DNA from: a virus
Strand: one strand, 5' to 3'
Length of the DNA stretch: 64,000 nucleotides
IMG/VR virus record: IMGVR_UViG_3300010397_000046
Coordinates: 4,359-68,358 of that record
Position 1 is the stretch's first letter; each line of letters starts with the position of its first letter. Of this stretch, positions 36,362-47,566 are shown one piece after another. The notes under the pieces are model-generated. The model was given only the letters and a program-made list of their open reading frames with translations. It made no database searches and was not told where the DNA came from. A program made the translations under genes and the position numbers.

Positions 36362-39319
36362 TTATCCCTGCGCTTTAAGAAAAGCGTGTAATGTATCCGC
36401 CATTTGTAAACTTGCCTCATTCGGTGGTGGGTGAACTCCATTTGTCTGTCTGTTTACCATTACTAAGCTACGGCTATTCACTGGTGTTGCTGCTACAGAA
36501 GTCCACATCCCATTAACCGTATCCATATTACAATTCATAGGAACAAGATATATCTTTCCAGCAGTTCTGTTTTTAAATTGATTGATTACTTGTCGATTCC
36601 AAATTGATAGGTTGCGTCGATACCTCCAACGAGTCTGTTCTGAAGTATAGTTTGCACCAAATGCATCTTGATTAGCCGTTGGAGGTATAGTTATCATAAC
36701 TCCAATTTTGATGTTACTATCATATGCGTGTATATTTGCAAACATAGATTCCCATTGAGCCATTGCTGCCGTAGTCTTAGCAATCACAGCAGCATCATCA
36801 AACAGATGAAATATGTCATTAATACCTAATGCTAGAAAAACCCAATCGGGTGCTGTGTAGCTATTAGCAGCCATGTAGGAACTGAAACTAAATGACCCTG
36901 TAAATACAAACGGACTTGTAACATCAGTATAATATTTATCTGTATCCCAACCACCACGACCTTCATGTTTGACAATTGACCCAGCTAATGCGGCCTGAGT
37001 TGGTACAGTTTGAGTCCATGAGGCGCCCTCAACTGGCGTAACTCCGGTTGAAGGAGCTTTTGCGTACCAAAGACCGTATCCCGCCGGATGTAATACTAAA
37101 TCATTTGTAGCGTAAGGTACTCCAACATTCCAAAGTCCCTGATAAGGAGCACTCAATTGTGTTCCCATCAAAGTTATGTCCATCGGATCACCAGCACCAA
37201 ACAGATTTAGCAATTCTCGGATATAGTATCCGTTGGCAGTTACCGAATCGCCAATAAATAAACATTTTCGATTAACGCCAGTTCCAGCGGATGTAGCAAC
37301 TACCGTCAATGATGTAGAAGTGGTAGCAAAAATTGGTTCTTTGTTTTTCAGCAATCTGGCGTCTATAGTTAGTGTCGTTGTGGTAGTGCCAACAGCATTA
37401 AGCATCCATCGTTCTGTTTGTTGTATTCCTACTGTACAAGTGCAATCCCAATTAATGGCTGGAATATCTCCAGACAATATGTTGTCAAAGTAAACAGACA
37501 TTTCCCGACCCACTATTGCATATATGTTGGGAGGCAGTAACAAGTCTATTGAGGGTAACAAATTAGCTTGAACTATTGGGTCACATTGGGTATGCCCAAC
37601 ACTTCCCGCTTGAACACTGGTAGGTATAAGAACCGTTGCTGTTGATGCTACGGGGCTAGTTGCCAACCAAGTTTCAATAGCTATTTGAGGATTGCCACTA
37701 TAGCTGTTCCAAGCACCTGTAACACCATGTTTATAATAAGAAACACTCGCAAAATTGGATATTGTACCAAAGCCCTCACCACAATCTGCATAAGCCCCAT
37801 TCACATCTTTGGCATAATACCCGATGAAGTAGGTTGCTCCAAAATTAGTTTGATTTAAAGTTTTCAATGCTAACGTAGTGGGGTCACGCAGTAGTATTTC
37901 TACACCCTGTAGCAAATTCAATGTATCACATACTCGAACGGAGCCAGTAGCCAGAATTGTGCCAACAGAATCGGTATTGCGTACTTCAACATAAATTGTG
38001 TGCCAAAGTTTGGTCGGTGTAGCGGTTCTTCCAACTAACGGCAACCGAATCATATTAAAACTAACAGTACCCGGAGTAGTAAATTTAGCCCCATAACCTG
38101 AAAAGGACAAAGCTCTATAACCGGCAGAAACATTGACAGCGGCATAAGCAGCAGTTTTGGCTGAAGCAGTTACAGTATCAATAGTTGCTAAACCATTTTT
38201 CAACCAAGTCAAGTCTGACCGTAAATCAGATAAGGCATAAGTAACCAAAGGATCAAAATCATAGAAGGTGGCTGCTAAACCATTGACCTCTCCACCAACA
38301 GTATTCCAAGTTCCTTCTGCAAGTGCTGTAGTAGTGTACTTTTCAGGGTATGTAGCAACTAAGGCTTTATCAGTCGTTATTGCAATGTCGCAGTTACGCA
38401 ATCGTTTGGTATGTCCTACCGATTCAAATGCTAAATAAAACGCAGATGTTGTTATCAGACTTGGTGTGAGTTGCACCGGAAATACAAACAGATGATAGCC
38501 AGAACGAGTAACAGACCGAATTGCTGATGTTATAGTTGTAAGAGTAGGAGTCAGAATAGAAACCCTTACGTCAACAATTTCATCTTCAATCTGAAGGTAT
38601 AGTTTAACCGCTTGGAATTTCTGGGCAGCATAATTAACAGCAGAAGCATATCCGGCGAAAGTAGATGCTAAAGCTCTTGCAGCTATATATGTGCCAGGCT
38701 CAAGTCCTTTGACCAAATCTGTAAGCAGATTGTTTTCCATGGAAGAGGTTTTAGTTTCCAAAGATGTTGCTCTAGCTTCCACCGCTGTTGATCTATTTTC
38801 AACTAAAGCCACTCTATCAAATGCAGACTGTACTAATACTCCCCCAATCTTTGCCCAATAACCAATATTAGCGGCGGTAGTATCAGCATTGACCCAAATC
38901 AAAGCGTTAGCCGGTATATTAGTCAAATCGGCTGTTGCAAGTGCTAGTGTGTTATACGCCTTAAATAAGGGTGTGGCTGCGCTTATTGCCGCCGCTGATG
39001 CTGAATTTGCGGCAGATGTAGCCGAGTTAGCTGCGGCTGTTTGTGCCGCATTGATAGGTCCCATATCAACCAAGGCAGCACTTACAGCCTGACCTGTGCT
39101 GATTTTAAACATATCTACCCAAGCCGTATTAGTTGCATTGCGTATCTTTAGCAAATCATTTGGAATATCAGGCCACCACATCAGGGGGTATTTTACGGGA
39201 GGTTCAGAATTACCCGCATTGTTAGTAACTGCTGCTGCTAATGCTTCATTTATCTTTTCTATTACAGTTAGACCTGTATTAGATTCCGTGGTACTTATTA
39301 CATAGTTGTCTTGAGCCAT
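36362..39319 (-). CDS. Tail fibre/spike with C-terminal SGNH hydrolase
   Basis: N-terminal 'MWWPD..LLKIRNATNTAW' anchor; GDSVT, HEGRGGW, LGIND, NGVHP. Confidence 0.8.
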   Translation of the reverse strand: MAQDNYVISTTESNTGLTVIEKINEALAAAVTNNAGNSEPPVKYPLMWWPDIPNDLLKIRNATNTAWVDMFKISTGQAVSAALVDMGPINAAQTAAANSATSAANSASAAAISAATPLFKAYNTLALATADLTNIPANALIWVNADTTAANIGYWAKIGGVLVQSAFDRVALVENRSTAVEARATSLETKTSSMENNLLTDLVKGLEPGTYIAARALASTFAGYASAVNYAAQKFQAVKLYLQIEDEIVDVRVSILTPTLTTITSAIRSVTRSGYHLFVFPVQLTPSLITTSAFYLAFESVGHTKRLRNCDIAITTDKALVATYPEKYTTTALAEGTWNTVGGEVNGLAATFYDFDPLVTYALSDLRSDLTWLKNGLATIDTVTASAKTAAYAAVNVSAGYRALSFSGYGAKFTTPGTVSFNMIRLPLVGRTATPTKLWHTIYVEVRNTDSVGTILATGSVRVCDTLNLLQGVEILLRDPTTLALKTLNQTNFGATYFIGYYAKDVNGAYADCGEGFGTISNFASVSYYKHGVTGAWNSYSGNPQIAIETWLATSPVASTATVLIPTSVQAGSVGHTQCDPIVQANLLPSIDLLLPPNIYAIVGREMSVYFDNILSGDIPAINWDCTCTVGIQQTERWMLNAVGTTTTTLTIDARLLKNKEPIFATTSTSLTVVATSAGTGVNRKCLFIGDSVTANGYYIRELLNLFGAGDPMDITLMGTQLSAPYQGLWNVGVPYATNDLVLHPAGYGLWYAKAPSTGVTPVEGASWTQTVPTQAALAGSIVKHEGRGGWDTDKYYTDVTSPFVFTGSFSFSSYMAANSYTAPDWVFLALGINDIFHLFDDAAVIAKTTAAMAQWESMFANIHAYDSNIKIGVMITIPPTANQDAFGANYTSEQTRWRYRRNLSIWNRQVINQFKNRTAGKIYLVPMNCNMDTVNGMWTSVAATPVNSRSLVMVNRQTNGVHPPPNEASLQMADTLHAFLKAQG

Positions 39320-39326
39320 AAATAAT

Positions 39327-41012
39327 CTACCCCCAAAATTTAAGTGTTATTGAGTTGTCTTTCAAATCCGCAGTAATGCCAATTAAAATCATTGGCTTGT
39401 TGATATAACCAAATCTACTGTTAAATTGGATACCTGCTGCCATACCTAAACGCAACATTGTGAAATCTAACGTATGACTTATTAATTTGACATTGATAGT
39501 ATCTCTTCGTGTGCTGAACAGATTACATTTTCGTTGAGCTTCATCAGAAACATCTTGGACAAAATATGTCTCGACTTCCATTATTTTGGATAGTCTGTGT
39601 TTTTGTTTTGTAACTATATTTTCCTTTAAAACTGTTCTCCATTCATTAGTGATAAATGATCTATAATAGGGGGTTGTGAGAGTAGCCAATCCTGTTTTTT
39701 GCACAGTATAGCATTTTTGATATTTTAAACGAACCCCCCTAACTGGAATATCTTCAGTGTTTTGAAATTCTAGTGATTCTATTTGATTATTAGTCAAGGT
39801 AAAATCAATAGGTAACGTAGATGGTTCTCTGATCTGGAAAATCCTAAATTTTCCAGTATTGTCAAAATAGTAACAGCATCCAGGAGATTGACAGAGTTTG
39901 TCCAAAATCTGCATGGCAGTTTCACTATCATCTTGAATCAAAATACCCAAAGGATCATCAGCTAATTCGTCAACATCACGCATATCATCCAATGAGTACC
40001 TATCTAAAGGCCACGAAAGATACCCTGCTATGATAGCATGTACCATACTTCCTATGGTACTTTGCCATCCACTCATGTCCATACAAGATACTGTAACGAG
40101 TGTAGGTTGAGAGCCAAATCGGATATAACCTTCTTTTCTGTATATCCTGCATTTGCCCTCACTAGGCTGGTTTTCCATCATTTCTTCTATGCTTGTGTAT
40201 TCATCCTCTTGCTCAATAACAATGCCGCAATCGAATACCGAGACATTGTTGATACCAGACCTGTTCATCCCCCAGCCATCTTTGAAGGCCCCTTCAAGGG
40301 TTAGCCCAAAAAAGTTGGTTATGCCAGCAAAATCAGTAATGCCCGCCCAATCAGTAATTAAATCCTGTTTGCCTGGAGACGGTGCTGATACAGAACAAAT
40401 CAACTTATAGGTGTTTACCCACTGAACTGAAACTTGAAACACTTGCCCTAATACTAACTGCTTCATCTTATCTTTAAGATCATCAGCAGTACCTTCCAAA
40501 CCGTCTGGTAAAACATTATCACCCTTATATGTTGCTAACGGCAAAGGGATTTGCAATTCAATCATTTTATCTCGCCAAGGTATTACTATTGTTTCTTCAT
40601 TGTATCCTTGAATATTTGGAGAGGGTCTATCAAGGGACCCATTAAATATCATAGTCCAATCATTTGGGTATGCTGCTGTATTCATCAAGGTTGCCTCAAT
40701 TCGCCGTAATGTTGCCGACCTACCATCAAAAGCATAATCTAGCATATAATCATAAACACCTCCATTATTATTCAACACGATTTCCCCATAACCTATGGAG
40801 GCTTTGCCAAATGATTTTCCATCTTCAAAACAGGAAATTGAGTAGTTCCCTGGTTGTATAAGACCCCCTTCAAAAATTTTTGAAGGGGGGGTATCAGTTA
40901 CTTTTGTGATAAGTTGAGGGTTGGATGAAATATATATCTTTAATACTTCAGAACCCGTATGTGCTTCAATTTCCAAAGCATACGCATAATTTATATCCAT
41001 TGGAATTGTCAT
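39327..41012 (-). CDS. Tail tip/hub protein
   Basis: Directly after tape measure gene; 'YKGDNVLPDGLEGTADDLK'. Confidence 0.65.
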   Translation of the reverse strand: MTIPMDINYAYALEIEAHTGSEVLKIYISSNPQLITKVTDTPPSKIFEGGLIQPGNYSISCFEDGKSFGKASIGYGEIVLNNNGGVYDYMLDYAFDGRSATLRRIEATLMNTAAYPNDWTMIFNGSLDRPSPNIQGYNEETIVIPWRDKMIELQIPLPLATYKGDNVLPDGLEGTADDLKDKMKQLVLGQVFQVSVQWVNTYKLICSVSAPSPGKQDLITDWAGITDFAGITNFFGLTLEGAFKDGWGMNRSGINNVSVFDCGIVIEQEDEYTSIEEMMENQPSEGKCRIYRKEGYIRFGSQPTLVTVSCMDMSGWQSTIGSMVHAIIAGYLSWPLDRYSLDDMRDVDELADDPLGILIQDDSETAMQILDKLCQSPGCCYYFDNTGKFRIFQIREPSTLPIDFTLTNNQIESLEFQNTEDIPVRGVRLKYQKCYTVQKTGLATLTTPYYRSFITNEWRTVLKENIVTKQKHRLSKIMEVETYFVQDVSDEAQRKCNLFSTRRDTINVKLISHTLDFTMLRLGMAAGIQFNSRFGYINKPMILIGITADLKDNSITLKFWG

Positions 41013-44000
41013 TACGCCGCCTTCTGAACCACTCTGCGAAGCGGTGATTCAATATCTGTAAGTTTTTTTATCACTTCTCGCAACAGTTTATTTTGCTCTT
41101 TCAATTCTGCTAATTCTTCATCATTATCAGCTTTGCCCGTCATTTTAACACCAACATTGCGACCATCAGGAAGGGGTATAACAGCTTCATTGTACGACCC
41201 CTCTCCAGCGAGTGACGGTCCACTTGTGATGCCTCCATTTGCAAAGCCCGGCAAACCTGCTGCTATTTTAAGATATGTAAGAGCGTCTTTAATATCTAAT
41301 ACTTCGTCTTTATTGATATCAAAGGACATATCTTTTGGTTTATTTCCAATAACCATATCCATAACATTACTTGCCGTTTGTTGTGCTATCATCTTTTGCA
41401 AATCTATTGAGGTTATGTTTGTGTTTGTTTTGATAGACTCTAACAGTGAAATTTGCTGTGTGAGTTTATCAATTGTAATATCACCTGTTATTCCAGCTTG
41501 TTCTCCAAGTGCTTTTGTCACTGTTAAATAATCAGCTTGATATCCTGCACCCGAAGCATTAGCTTGTCTGCTTGCTGTTAATAACGCTTGTCCAAGTGCC
41601 GGTATGTTTGCCTTATCCCCTTTTGCTAATGCTGCTGCAAAAGCTGCTTGACTTTCATGATATAAAGTCTCGGGAGATTTTGAAGATAAACTTCCCGTTA
41701 TAATGGATTTCAAGACAGAAGCCGCATTGCTAGCATTTGTGAGTGTAGCTGATCTAGTTGCATCATTCAGGGTTTTAACAGAAGCCGCAATAGTATCCGC
41801 TACTTTCTTTACTGCTGCTGCATATTCCAATTGCTGCACTTTTGCTAATTTGGCTACATCATATCCTTTTGCAATATAATCTTTCATTTCCTTCTGTTGA
41901 GCTATTTGTAAATCAAACAAATCAGCTTGATCTGTCATTCCTGTTGCTTTCAAGAATCTCGATTGAAGATCATTATTGCTATCTGCTACGGCTTGCGCTA
42001 ATTCTTCAGCTTGTTTTTGGATATCAGCAAAAGCCGGTGCAATATCCATCAAAGCTGCAAAAAGTGATGCCCCACGTTCTGTGGTCAAATCAAGTGAATC
42101 CACTAACTTAATGAATTCAGCATTAGTTTTTGGAATAGACATTGAAGCATCAACAAAGGTATTTGCTCTGCCCCAATGTGTTATAGCGATTTTCCCATAC
42201 GCAGCATTCATTTCAGCAAAAGCAGTATTGACTTGTCGTTGCTCTTGTTTAGCTTTCATTGCTGCTTGTTCTTGATCTGTAAACATGGAAGTAAAGTAAT
42301 CGTCAACCTTGCTGGCAAATTTCTCTGCTCCACCCATCATTTCTTGCAATTTATAAGCAGCATTAGCACCTGTAAGTGTAGATGCTATCAAAGTAGCACC
42401 TATCTTTTCCAATCCTTCGTTAGAAGATTGAAGGGCCGTGGATAAACGCACTAAAGCATCAAATGCATTTTCTCCATAAAATGCAAAATCTTTCAATCCT
42501 ATTACAGTTTTAGCTAATTCATTGGATGCAGACTCCAACCACTTTTCCAATTCTTTGTTTATTTCATCTGCCGTTTTGCCTCTTGTATCTATTTTTACTT
42601 CAGGCAATGATACTTGTCCCAACAGTCCTTTATCAACCTTAGTTCCCATTACGGCTGATGCTTTGTATATTGTTGACATGAGACTATCAACAACTTTCTG
42701 TATTGTTCCAGTTAATTCCGGGGTATTAACATATGAAGTATCATGAGAATCTCCAGAAAACCATCCTCCATCTGTTTTAACTGATTGATATCCACGAGCA
42801 CTAGCTTGAGATCCTTTCAAAGCTAATGAAATACCTAATCCTTCAATTGATTTCTCACCTCCAAACATACCCCCAAATAAACCACCTGTAGCTAACATTC
42901 CTGGAATTTCTAAAGCACTTTTACCAAAATTCTCCAAACTAGATAGGTACGTCATAGGTTTGAACGTACTTGACCATAATTTGAAAGCAGATGTTTTATT
43001 GTTTTCAGTATTTTCAGTAGCTAAACTTCCACCTAACAAGGACATAAAACTACCGCTACTAAACAAGTCCGATATCTTAATAAGACCATCTGCTACTTTT
43101 CCAAGAGCAAGTGAAGTGTCTTTAGTATTTGTTGCTATATCAGATAGCATTTGTTCTGACATAGAATCATGTACTGAAGCATATTTAGCCCCAATAGAAC
43201 CCCCAACAGAACCCCCTGTGGAAGAACCTCCTCCACTAAAAGAACCTGCTGATATGTTCGATACCGTTCCTCCACCTCCGAATGATGTTGAAGCTATTTG
43301 TGCTATCTGTATCGCACCTACAGCAGCAACAATGGCAGCCCTGAAATTTGCTGTGTACGGATCACCGCTTGAATACTGATTCATGATACCTGCTGCTGTT
43401 GACATGACCGCCGCAGCAAGGTTAAATGCCTTGGCTGTTTCAAATCCTTTCCTTGATGTTTGATCTTGCGTATCTGCTAATGCTTGAAATGCTCCACCTG
43501 CTGCTCCAACATAAGCAGAGGTCATAGCCATATTACTCTTCATTTCATTCTTTGTGCCATCCATATTCTTGACAGTATAATCTTTCTTTACTGCTACAAG
43601 AACACCTTCCAATGCTGCTAACTGTGGGACAGCTTTCTTCGCATGAGACAATACATCAGCCCATGATGCTGTATCTGCATCATTCTTTATCTTTGCTACT
43701 TTTTGCGCTGATTCTATCCGAGAATCATCAGATTCTTTTTGATACCTTGCTATATCAGCAATCGCATTTTTTTGTTGCTCTGTTCCATTGTACTGCACTG
43801 ATAGATATTTTTCTTCTGCTGCTATCTTCCTTTGTATTGCTTCCTGTATCTGATTCTGTGCATTTCTTTCCACAGCAAGCGCATTTTTTGTTTCTTCTCC
43901 TGTTGTAGCAAATTCCCCAGTTTTGTTCTTTCCAACCAATGATGCTTGATTCATGTAATGAGCATTATCCAATTTCCGTAATGCTTCCATTCTTACCGCT

Positions 44001-47000
44001 AATTGATACTCTTTTGTTGCTTCACGAACCTTTTCATTCCGAATTGTCAAAAGGGTCTGTTCGTCTTTGATAGACTGTGCTACCAAGTCAGCCCCTTTAA
44101 GCTGTAGCGTGTTTGCTGCAATAGCGGCAAGGTTCATGTCTTCCTGAATATCTAAAGCCTTCTTACGGCCTGTATTTTGCGCTTCCATGTCCTTTCGCTT
44201 TGAAATCACTTCAGACAACTTAGCTTCAGCCTGTGTTTCCTCAACTAACAACCTGTTATACTCTTTCCTTGCTGTATTCTTGCTTTCAGGTGTTGTGGCT
44301 GAAGCATAGGCATCGGCAGATGCATCCACTTGTCCCTTGATCGTATTTAATGTATCTTTGGCTTTATTGACTTCTGCTTTGGCTACTTTATCCTGTGACT
44401 CATACATCATTTGCTCATAATCTTTTTGGAACATTTGATAAGCGTTGTACTTATTACGCAGTTCTGTTATTTCTCTTGTGCTTGCTGATTTAACAAGCGA
44501 GAACTTAAATTCCAAATCTGCTAAATCCAACTTACGTTGTTCATCCCGATACTCTTTATTCTGTGTTGCATTGTAGTTATTGATCCTATCTATTTCTTTT
44601 TGTGTCTTACTATCATCTTCAGGCTTTGGATCATTCGCTACATATTTTGTTGCTGTTGAATTTCTTTGTTCAATAGCCTTCTTCATATCCAAAATTTTAT
44701 TCGTTGTATCCCGTATCTGTATTTCCAATCCACGAACATTATCTTTAGCATCAGTTGCATGTACTGATATTGCTTTTCCTGTATCTTTGAAAGAATCCCT
44801 TGTTTCTTTAATTGGGCCTCCCATTTGACGCAATTGCATCTGCATTCCAGCAAGTGCTAATTCTGAATCTCTGATTGCTTGTGCTTCTTCTACAGATGCT
44901 CCGATAACATCATGCGAACTAGCCATTCCTCCCCTAGTTCCAGTTTCCGTTGTTTTCTTATTTTCAAGTTCTTTGTTATGCTGTTTGATCTTTTCAGTAA
45001 GTCTTTCAATACTATGTTCCATTCCAGGGTCTAATGCATCTTTAGCATTGTTTCCCCAAATAGACCATGCCGTTGCACCTAACATCAATGCCGTTGTTAC
45101 AGCACCTAAAGGCCCACCTAATCCCCCTATGATTGAAGCTAACCCCCCTTTTGCTGCTGCAAGCCCACGACTTGCAATACTCGCTGAATTCGTTGCAATC
45201 GTGCTTGCCTCTATAGCGGCTGTTTCTGCTGCTGTTGCTGCTGTAGCGGCTATTTCTGCTGCAACCAATTGTGTTTGTGATGCTGCAAGCTGTTTCCCTA
45301 AAATAGCTGATTCATTCATTGCTGCATTATGTAATTTTGTTATTCCGGTCAATTCTGTTTCAGCAACAGTCAATGATTGTATTGCTGCTTGTTCTGATTT
45401 GGAAAGCATCGTCAAACTTCTTTTCAAATTTGCTTCTTCTTTTTTCAAAGCAAGCTGTTCCACTTGTGATACTGACTTAATGTTTCCGAGATTACTTTGA
45501 CGTACTGTTTCATATTCTGCTTCCGCTACAGCTAACTGTTGAGTTTCAATCTTTAATTGATTTTTCCAAGCAGCCTCTTCCATACTAAGAGCATTTAATT
45601 TTGATGAATTGCCAACGGAGTTCATCAATCTTTCTTTTTCTGTTGCAATCAATTCCAATTCAACTATTGTTTCATTTCTCTTTATCTGTGCTAACTCAAC
45701 AGCCCTTGCAGCTTCACTTGATTGAACTACTGCTAATTCCTGGGCATTAGCTAATTGAGTAGCTACCGATGCTTGTCGTGCAGCATTTAATTCCAACTCT
45801 GCTTGTTTTGCTGCTACTTTATAAGCTGTTCTTTGCACTTCCGTTGCTGCTAATGCTGCATTTGCTTCCATCTGTGCTACATCATCACTTAAAGCCTGTA
45901 CTCTTGCTCCATGTATTTCTTGTTCGGCAAGCAGACCAACTTTTAAAAACTGTGCTCTTGCGAGTTCTTCTTTTGCTGCTGCTGCTGTTACTACTGCTTT
46001 TTCTTTTTCCGTTTCCATTGCTAATCTAAGCTGTGTTAATCGAACTGATTCAGCCTCATAAACAGAGACAACACTAGCCCTTTGGGTAGCGTTAGCAGCA
46101 GTATTTTTTTCAGTTTCAACAGTCATCATGTTTTGCATAATTGTGCTTGCAGACATAATAACTTTATACCCAACGTAAGCCTCAACTACAAACTTGATTG
46201 CATCTGCATGTTCCCAAATAAACTTAGAAAACTGCACTATGTCATGAACAATGATCTGAATAGTTTGCCCAATTGATTTCATCTGGGATTCCCATTCAGG
46301 ACTCATTTTCATTGTTTTGTTCTTTTCATCAATCGTAAACATGGAAGCCGTTATCTCTTTCAATTCAAATTTGATAACGTCAAACATGCCTTCAAACATC
46401 TTACCGGATACTTGCTGTGACATATCCTTGAAGTTAGACCACAAACCTTTCCATGTATTCATGGATGCTTCACCAGCTACACGGAAACCTTCAAGTCTGC
46501 CCATAAGGAATGTGAAAAGCCCTTCAGCATTTCCCTTGTACTCCGCTATATCTTCATTTCTCAATCCAAGAACAGTAGCAATACGGGAGTTTCTTGGATT
46601 GATTGTCCCAAGCAACAATGATCTTGTTTCTTCAGCCATCTGATTAAACGGAAGTCCAATTGCTCCCGCTGCCTGAACCATTGCAAGTGTAAAGTCCATT
46701 ACCTTTTGCTTATCGAATCCACGAGACATAGCCACAGGAAGGGTAGTTTGATAAGCTACTATCAATTCATCCAACGTGGCTATTGTTTTAAGGTTTGCAA
46801 AACGCAATTGATCTATAACCTGCAATGATTCATTTTGGGCAACTTTCAATGCTGTTTGCCCTTGCAATACCTTCCCTGTTATTTGATCTATGTATGATCC
46901 TGAAACAAGAAAAGAGGATGCAATCCCCAATGTTGATGTTTCAATCAATCCCAAGTAGTTTAAGGACTCTTTCGCATAGTTCCCTAGTGCTTGTATTGCC

Positions 47001-47212
47001 GTAACAAGTCCATAGATTCCTACAGCCGCTCCAGCGATTCCATACAGCACTTCTTTCATTTCAACTAAGTGTCTTTGTGTGTTGTCAGCACTATTTGAAA
47101 TATCTTCAAGGGAACGCTGAACAACTCTGGCTCCAGTTTGAGCACCAGAGCCGTCTATCCCAACCCTTAGATAAGTTTCTTGCCCTGCTACGGCTCCAGT
47201 TGTGTCGCTCAT
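41012..47212 (-). CDS. Tape measure protein
   Basis: 2066 aa, Ala-rich helical, TM-like segments, FANGG..AGE..EAVIPL C-terminal motif; follows tail chaperones. Confidence 0.92.
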   Translation of the reverse strand: MSDTTGAVAGQETYLRVGIDGSGAQTGARVVQRSLEDISNSADNTQRHLVEMKEVLYGIAGAAVGIYGLVTAIQALGNYAKESLNYLGLIETSTLGIASSFLVSGSYIDQITGKVLQGQTALKVAQNESLQVIDQLRFANLKTIATLDELIVAYQTTLPVAMSRGFDKQKVMDFTLAMVQAAGAIGLPFNQMAEETRSLLLGTINPRNSRIATVLGLRNEDIAEYKGNAEGLFTFLMGRLEGFRVAGEASMNTWKGLWSNFKDMSQQVSGKMFEGMFDVIKFELKEITASMFTIDEKNKTMKMSPEWESQMKSIGQTIQIIVHDIVQFSKFIWEHADAIKFVVEAYVGYKVIMSASTIMQNMMTVETEKNTAANATQRASVVSVYEAESVRLTQLRLAMETEKEKAVVTAAAAKEELARAQFLKVGLLAEQEIHGARVQALSDDVAQMEANAALAATEVQRTAYKVAAKQAELELNAARQASVATQLANAQELAVVQSSEAARAVELAQIKRNETIVELELIATEKERLMNSVGNSSKLNALSMEEAAWKNQLKIETQQLAVAEAEYETVRQSNLGNIKSVSQVEQLALKKEEANLKRSLTMLSKSEQAAIQSLTVAETELTGITKLHNAAMNESAILGKQLAASQTQLVAAEIAATAATAAETAAIEASTIATNSASIASRGLAAAKGGLASIIGGLGGPLGAVTTALMLGATAWSIWGNNAKDALDPGMEHSIERLTEKIKQHNKELENKKTTETGTRGGMASSHDVIGASVEEAQAIRDSELALAGMQMQLRQMGGPIKETRDSFKDTGKAISVHATDAKDNVRGLEIQIRDTTNKILDMKKAIEQRNSTATKYVANDPKPEDDSKTQKEIDRINNYNATQNKEYRDEQRKLDLADLEFKFSLVKSASTREITELRNKYNAYQMFQKDYEQMMYESQDKVAKAEVNKAKDTLNTIKGQVDASADAYASATTPESKNTARKEYNRLLVEETQAEAKLSEVISKRKDMEAQNTGRKKALDIQEDMNLAAIAANTLQLKGADLVAQSIKDEQTLLTIRNEKVREATKEYQLAVRMEALRKLDNAHYMNQASLVGKNKTGEFATTGEETKNALAVERNAQNQIQEAIQRKIAAEEKYLSVQYNGTEQQKNAIADIARYQKESDDSRIESAQKVAKIKNDADTASWADVLSHAKKAVPQLAALEGVLVAVKKDYTVKNMDGTKNEMKSNMAMTSAYVGAAGGAFQALADTQDQTSRKGFETAKAFNLAAAVMSTAAGIMNQYSSGDPYTANFRAAIVAAVGAIQIAQIASTSFGGGGTVSNISAGSFSGGGSSTGGSVGGSIGAKYASVHDSMSEQMLSDIATNTKDTSLALGKVADGLIKISDLFSSGSFMSLLGGSLATENTENNKTSAFKLWSSTFKPMTYLSSLENFGKSALEIPGMLATGGLFGGMFGGEKSIEGLGISLALKGSQASARGYQSVKTDGGWFSGDSHDTSYVNTPELTGTIQKVVDSLMSTIYKASAVMGTKVDKGLLGQVSLPEVKIDTRGKTADEINKELEKWLESASNELAKTVIGLKDFAFYGENAFDALVRLSTALQSSNEGLEKIGATLIASTLTGANAAYKLQEMMGGAEKFASKVDDYFTSMFTDQEQAAMKAKQEQRQVNTAFAEMNAAYGKIAITHWGRANTFVDASMSIPKTNAEFIKLVDSLDLTTERGASLFAALMDIAPAFADIQKQAEELAQAVADSNNDLQSRFLKATGMTDQADLFDLQIAQQKEMKDYIAKGYDVAKLAKVQQLEYAAAVKKVADTIAASVKTLNDATRSATLTNASNAASVLKSIITGSLSSKSPETLYHESQAAFAAALAKGDKANIPALGQALLTASRQANASGAGYQADYLTVTKALGEQAGITGDITIDKLTQQISLLESIKTNTNITSIDLQKMIAQQTASNVMDMVIGNKPKDMSFDINKDEVLDIKDALTYLKIAAGLPGFANGGITSGPSLAGEGSYNEAVIPLPDGRNVGVKMTGKADNDEELAELKEQNKLLREVIKKLTDIESPLRRVVQKAA

Positions 47213-47221
47213 ATATTCACC

Positions 47222-47566
47222 CTATTTTGGAGATTTTTTTAAAACTTCTTGGAGGTAGGTGCTATCCATGGCTTGAATAATTAAAACTGATTCTTCTCTA
47301 TCAGAAACATCAAAAATCAAATGTTCATCAAGCCACTTCAAAATGTAAGGATAGGGTATTACTGATGCTGAAGCTGATGTATAATTTCTACTACTGCTTA
47401 ATGTGTTGAATGCATCCATAAATCTTTGCTGCCAAGGAGTCAAAGTTGGGCGGCTTGCTAAGGCTGTGCCTGGCGTTATTTTGCCTTCAGCCTTAGCAAG
47501 CTGTGTCAACATTTCAAGTTTACTTCCCCAAGTTGCGTTCCATTTGACAGCATTGGTTAGTTTTTT
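47222..47566 (-). CDS. Tail assembly chaperone GT-type extension (-1 frame)
   Basis: -1 frame open from the slippery site into MLTQLAK... Confidence 0.75.
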   Translation of the reverse strand, partial: KKLTNAVKWNATWGSKLEMLTQLAKAEGKITPGTALASRPTLTPWQQRFMDAFNTLSSSRNYTSASASVIPYPYILKWLDEHLIFDVSDREESVLIIQAMDSTYLQEVLKKSPK

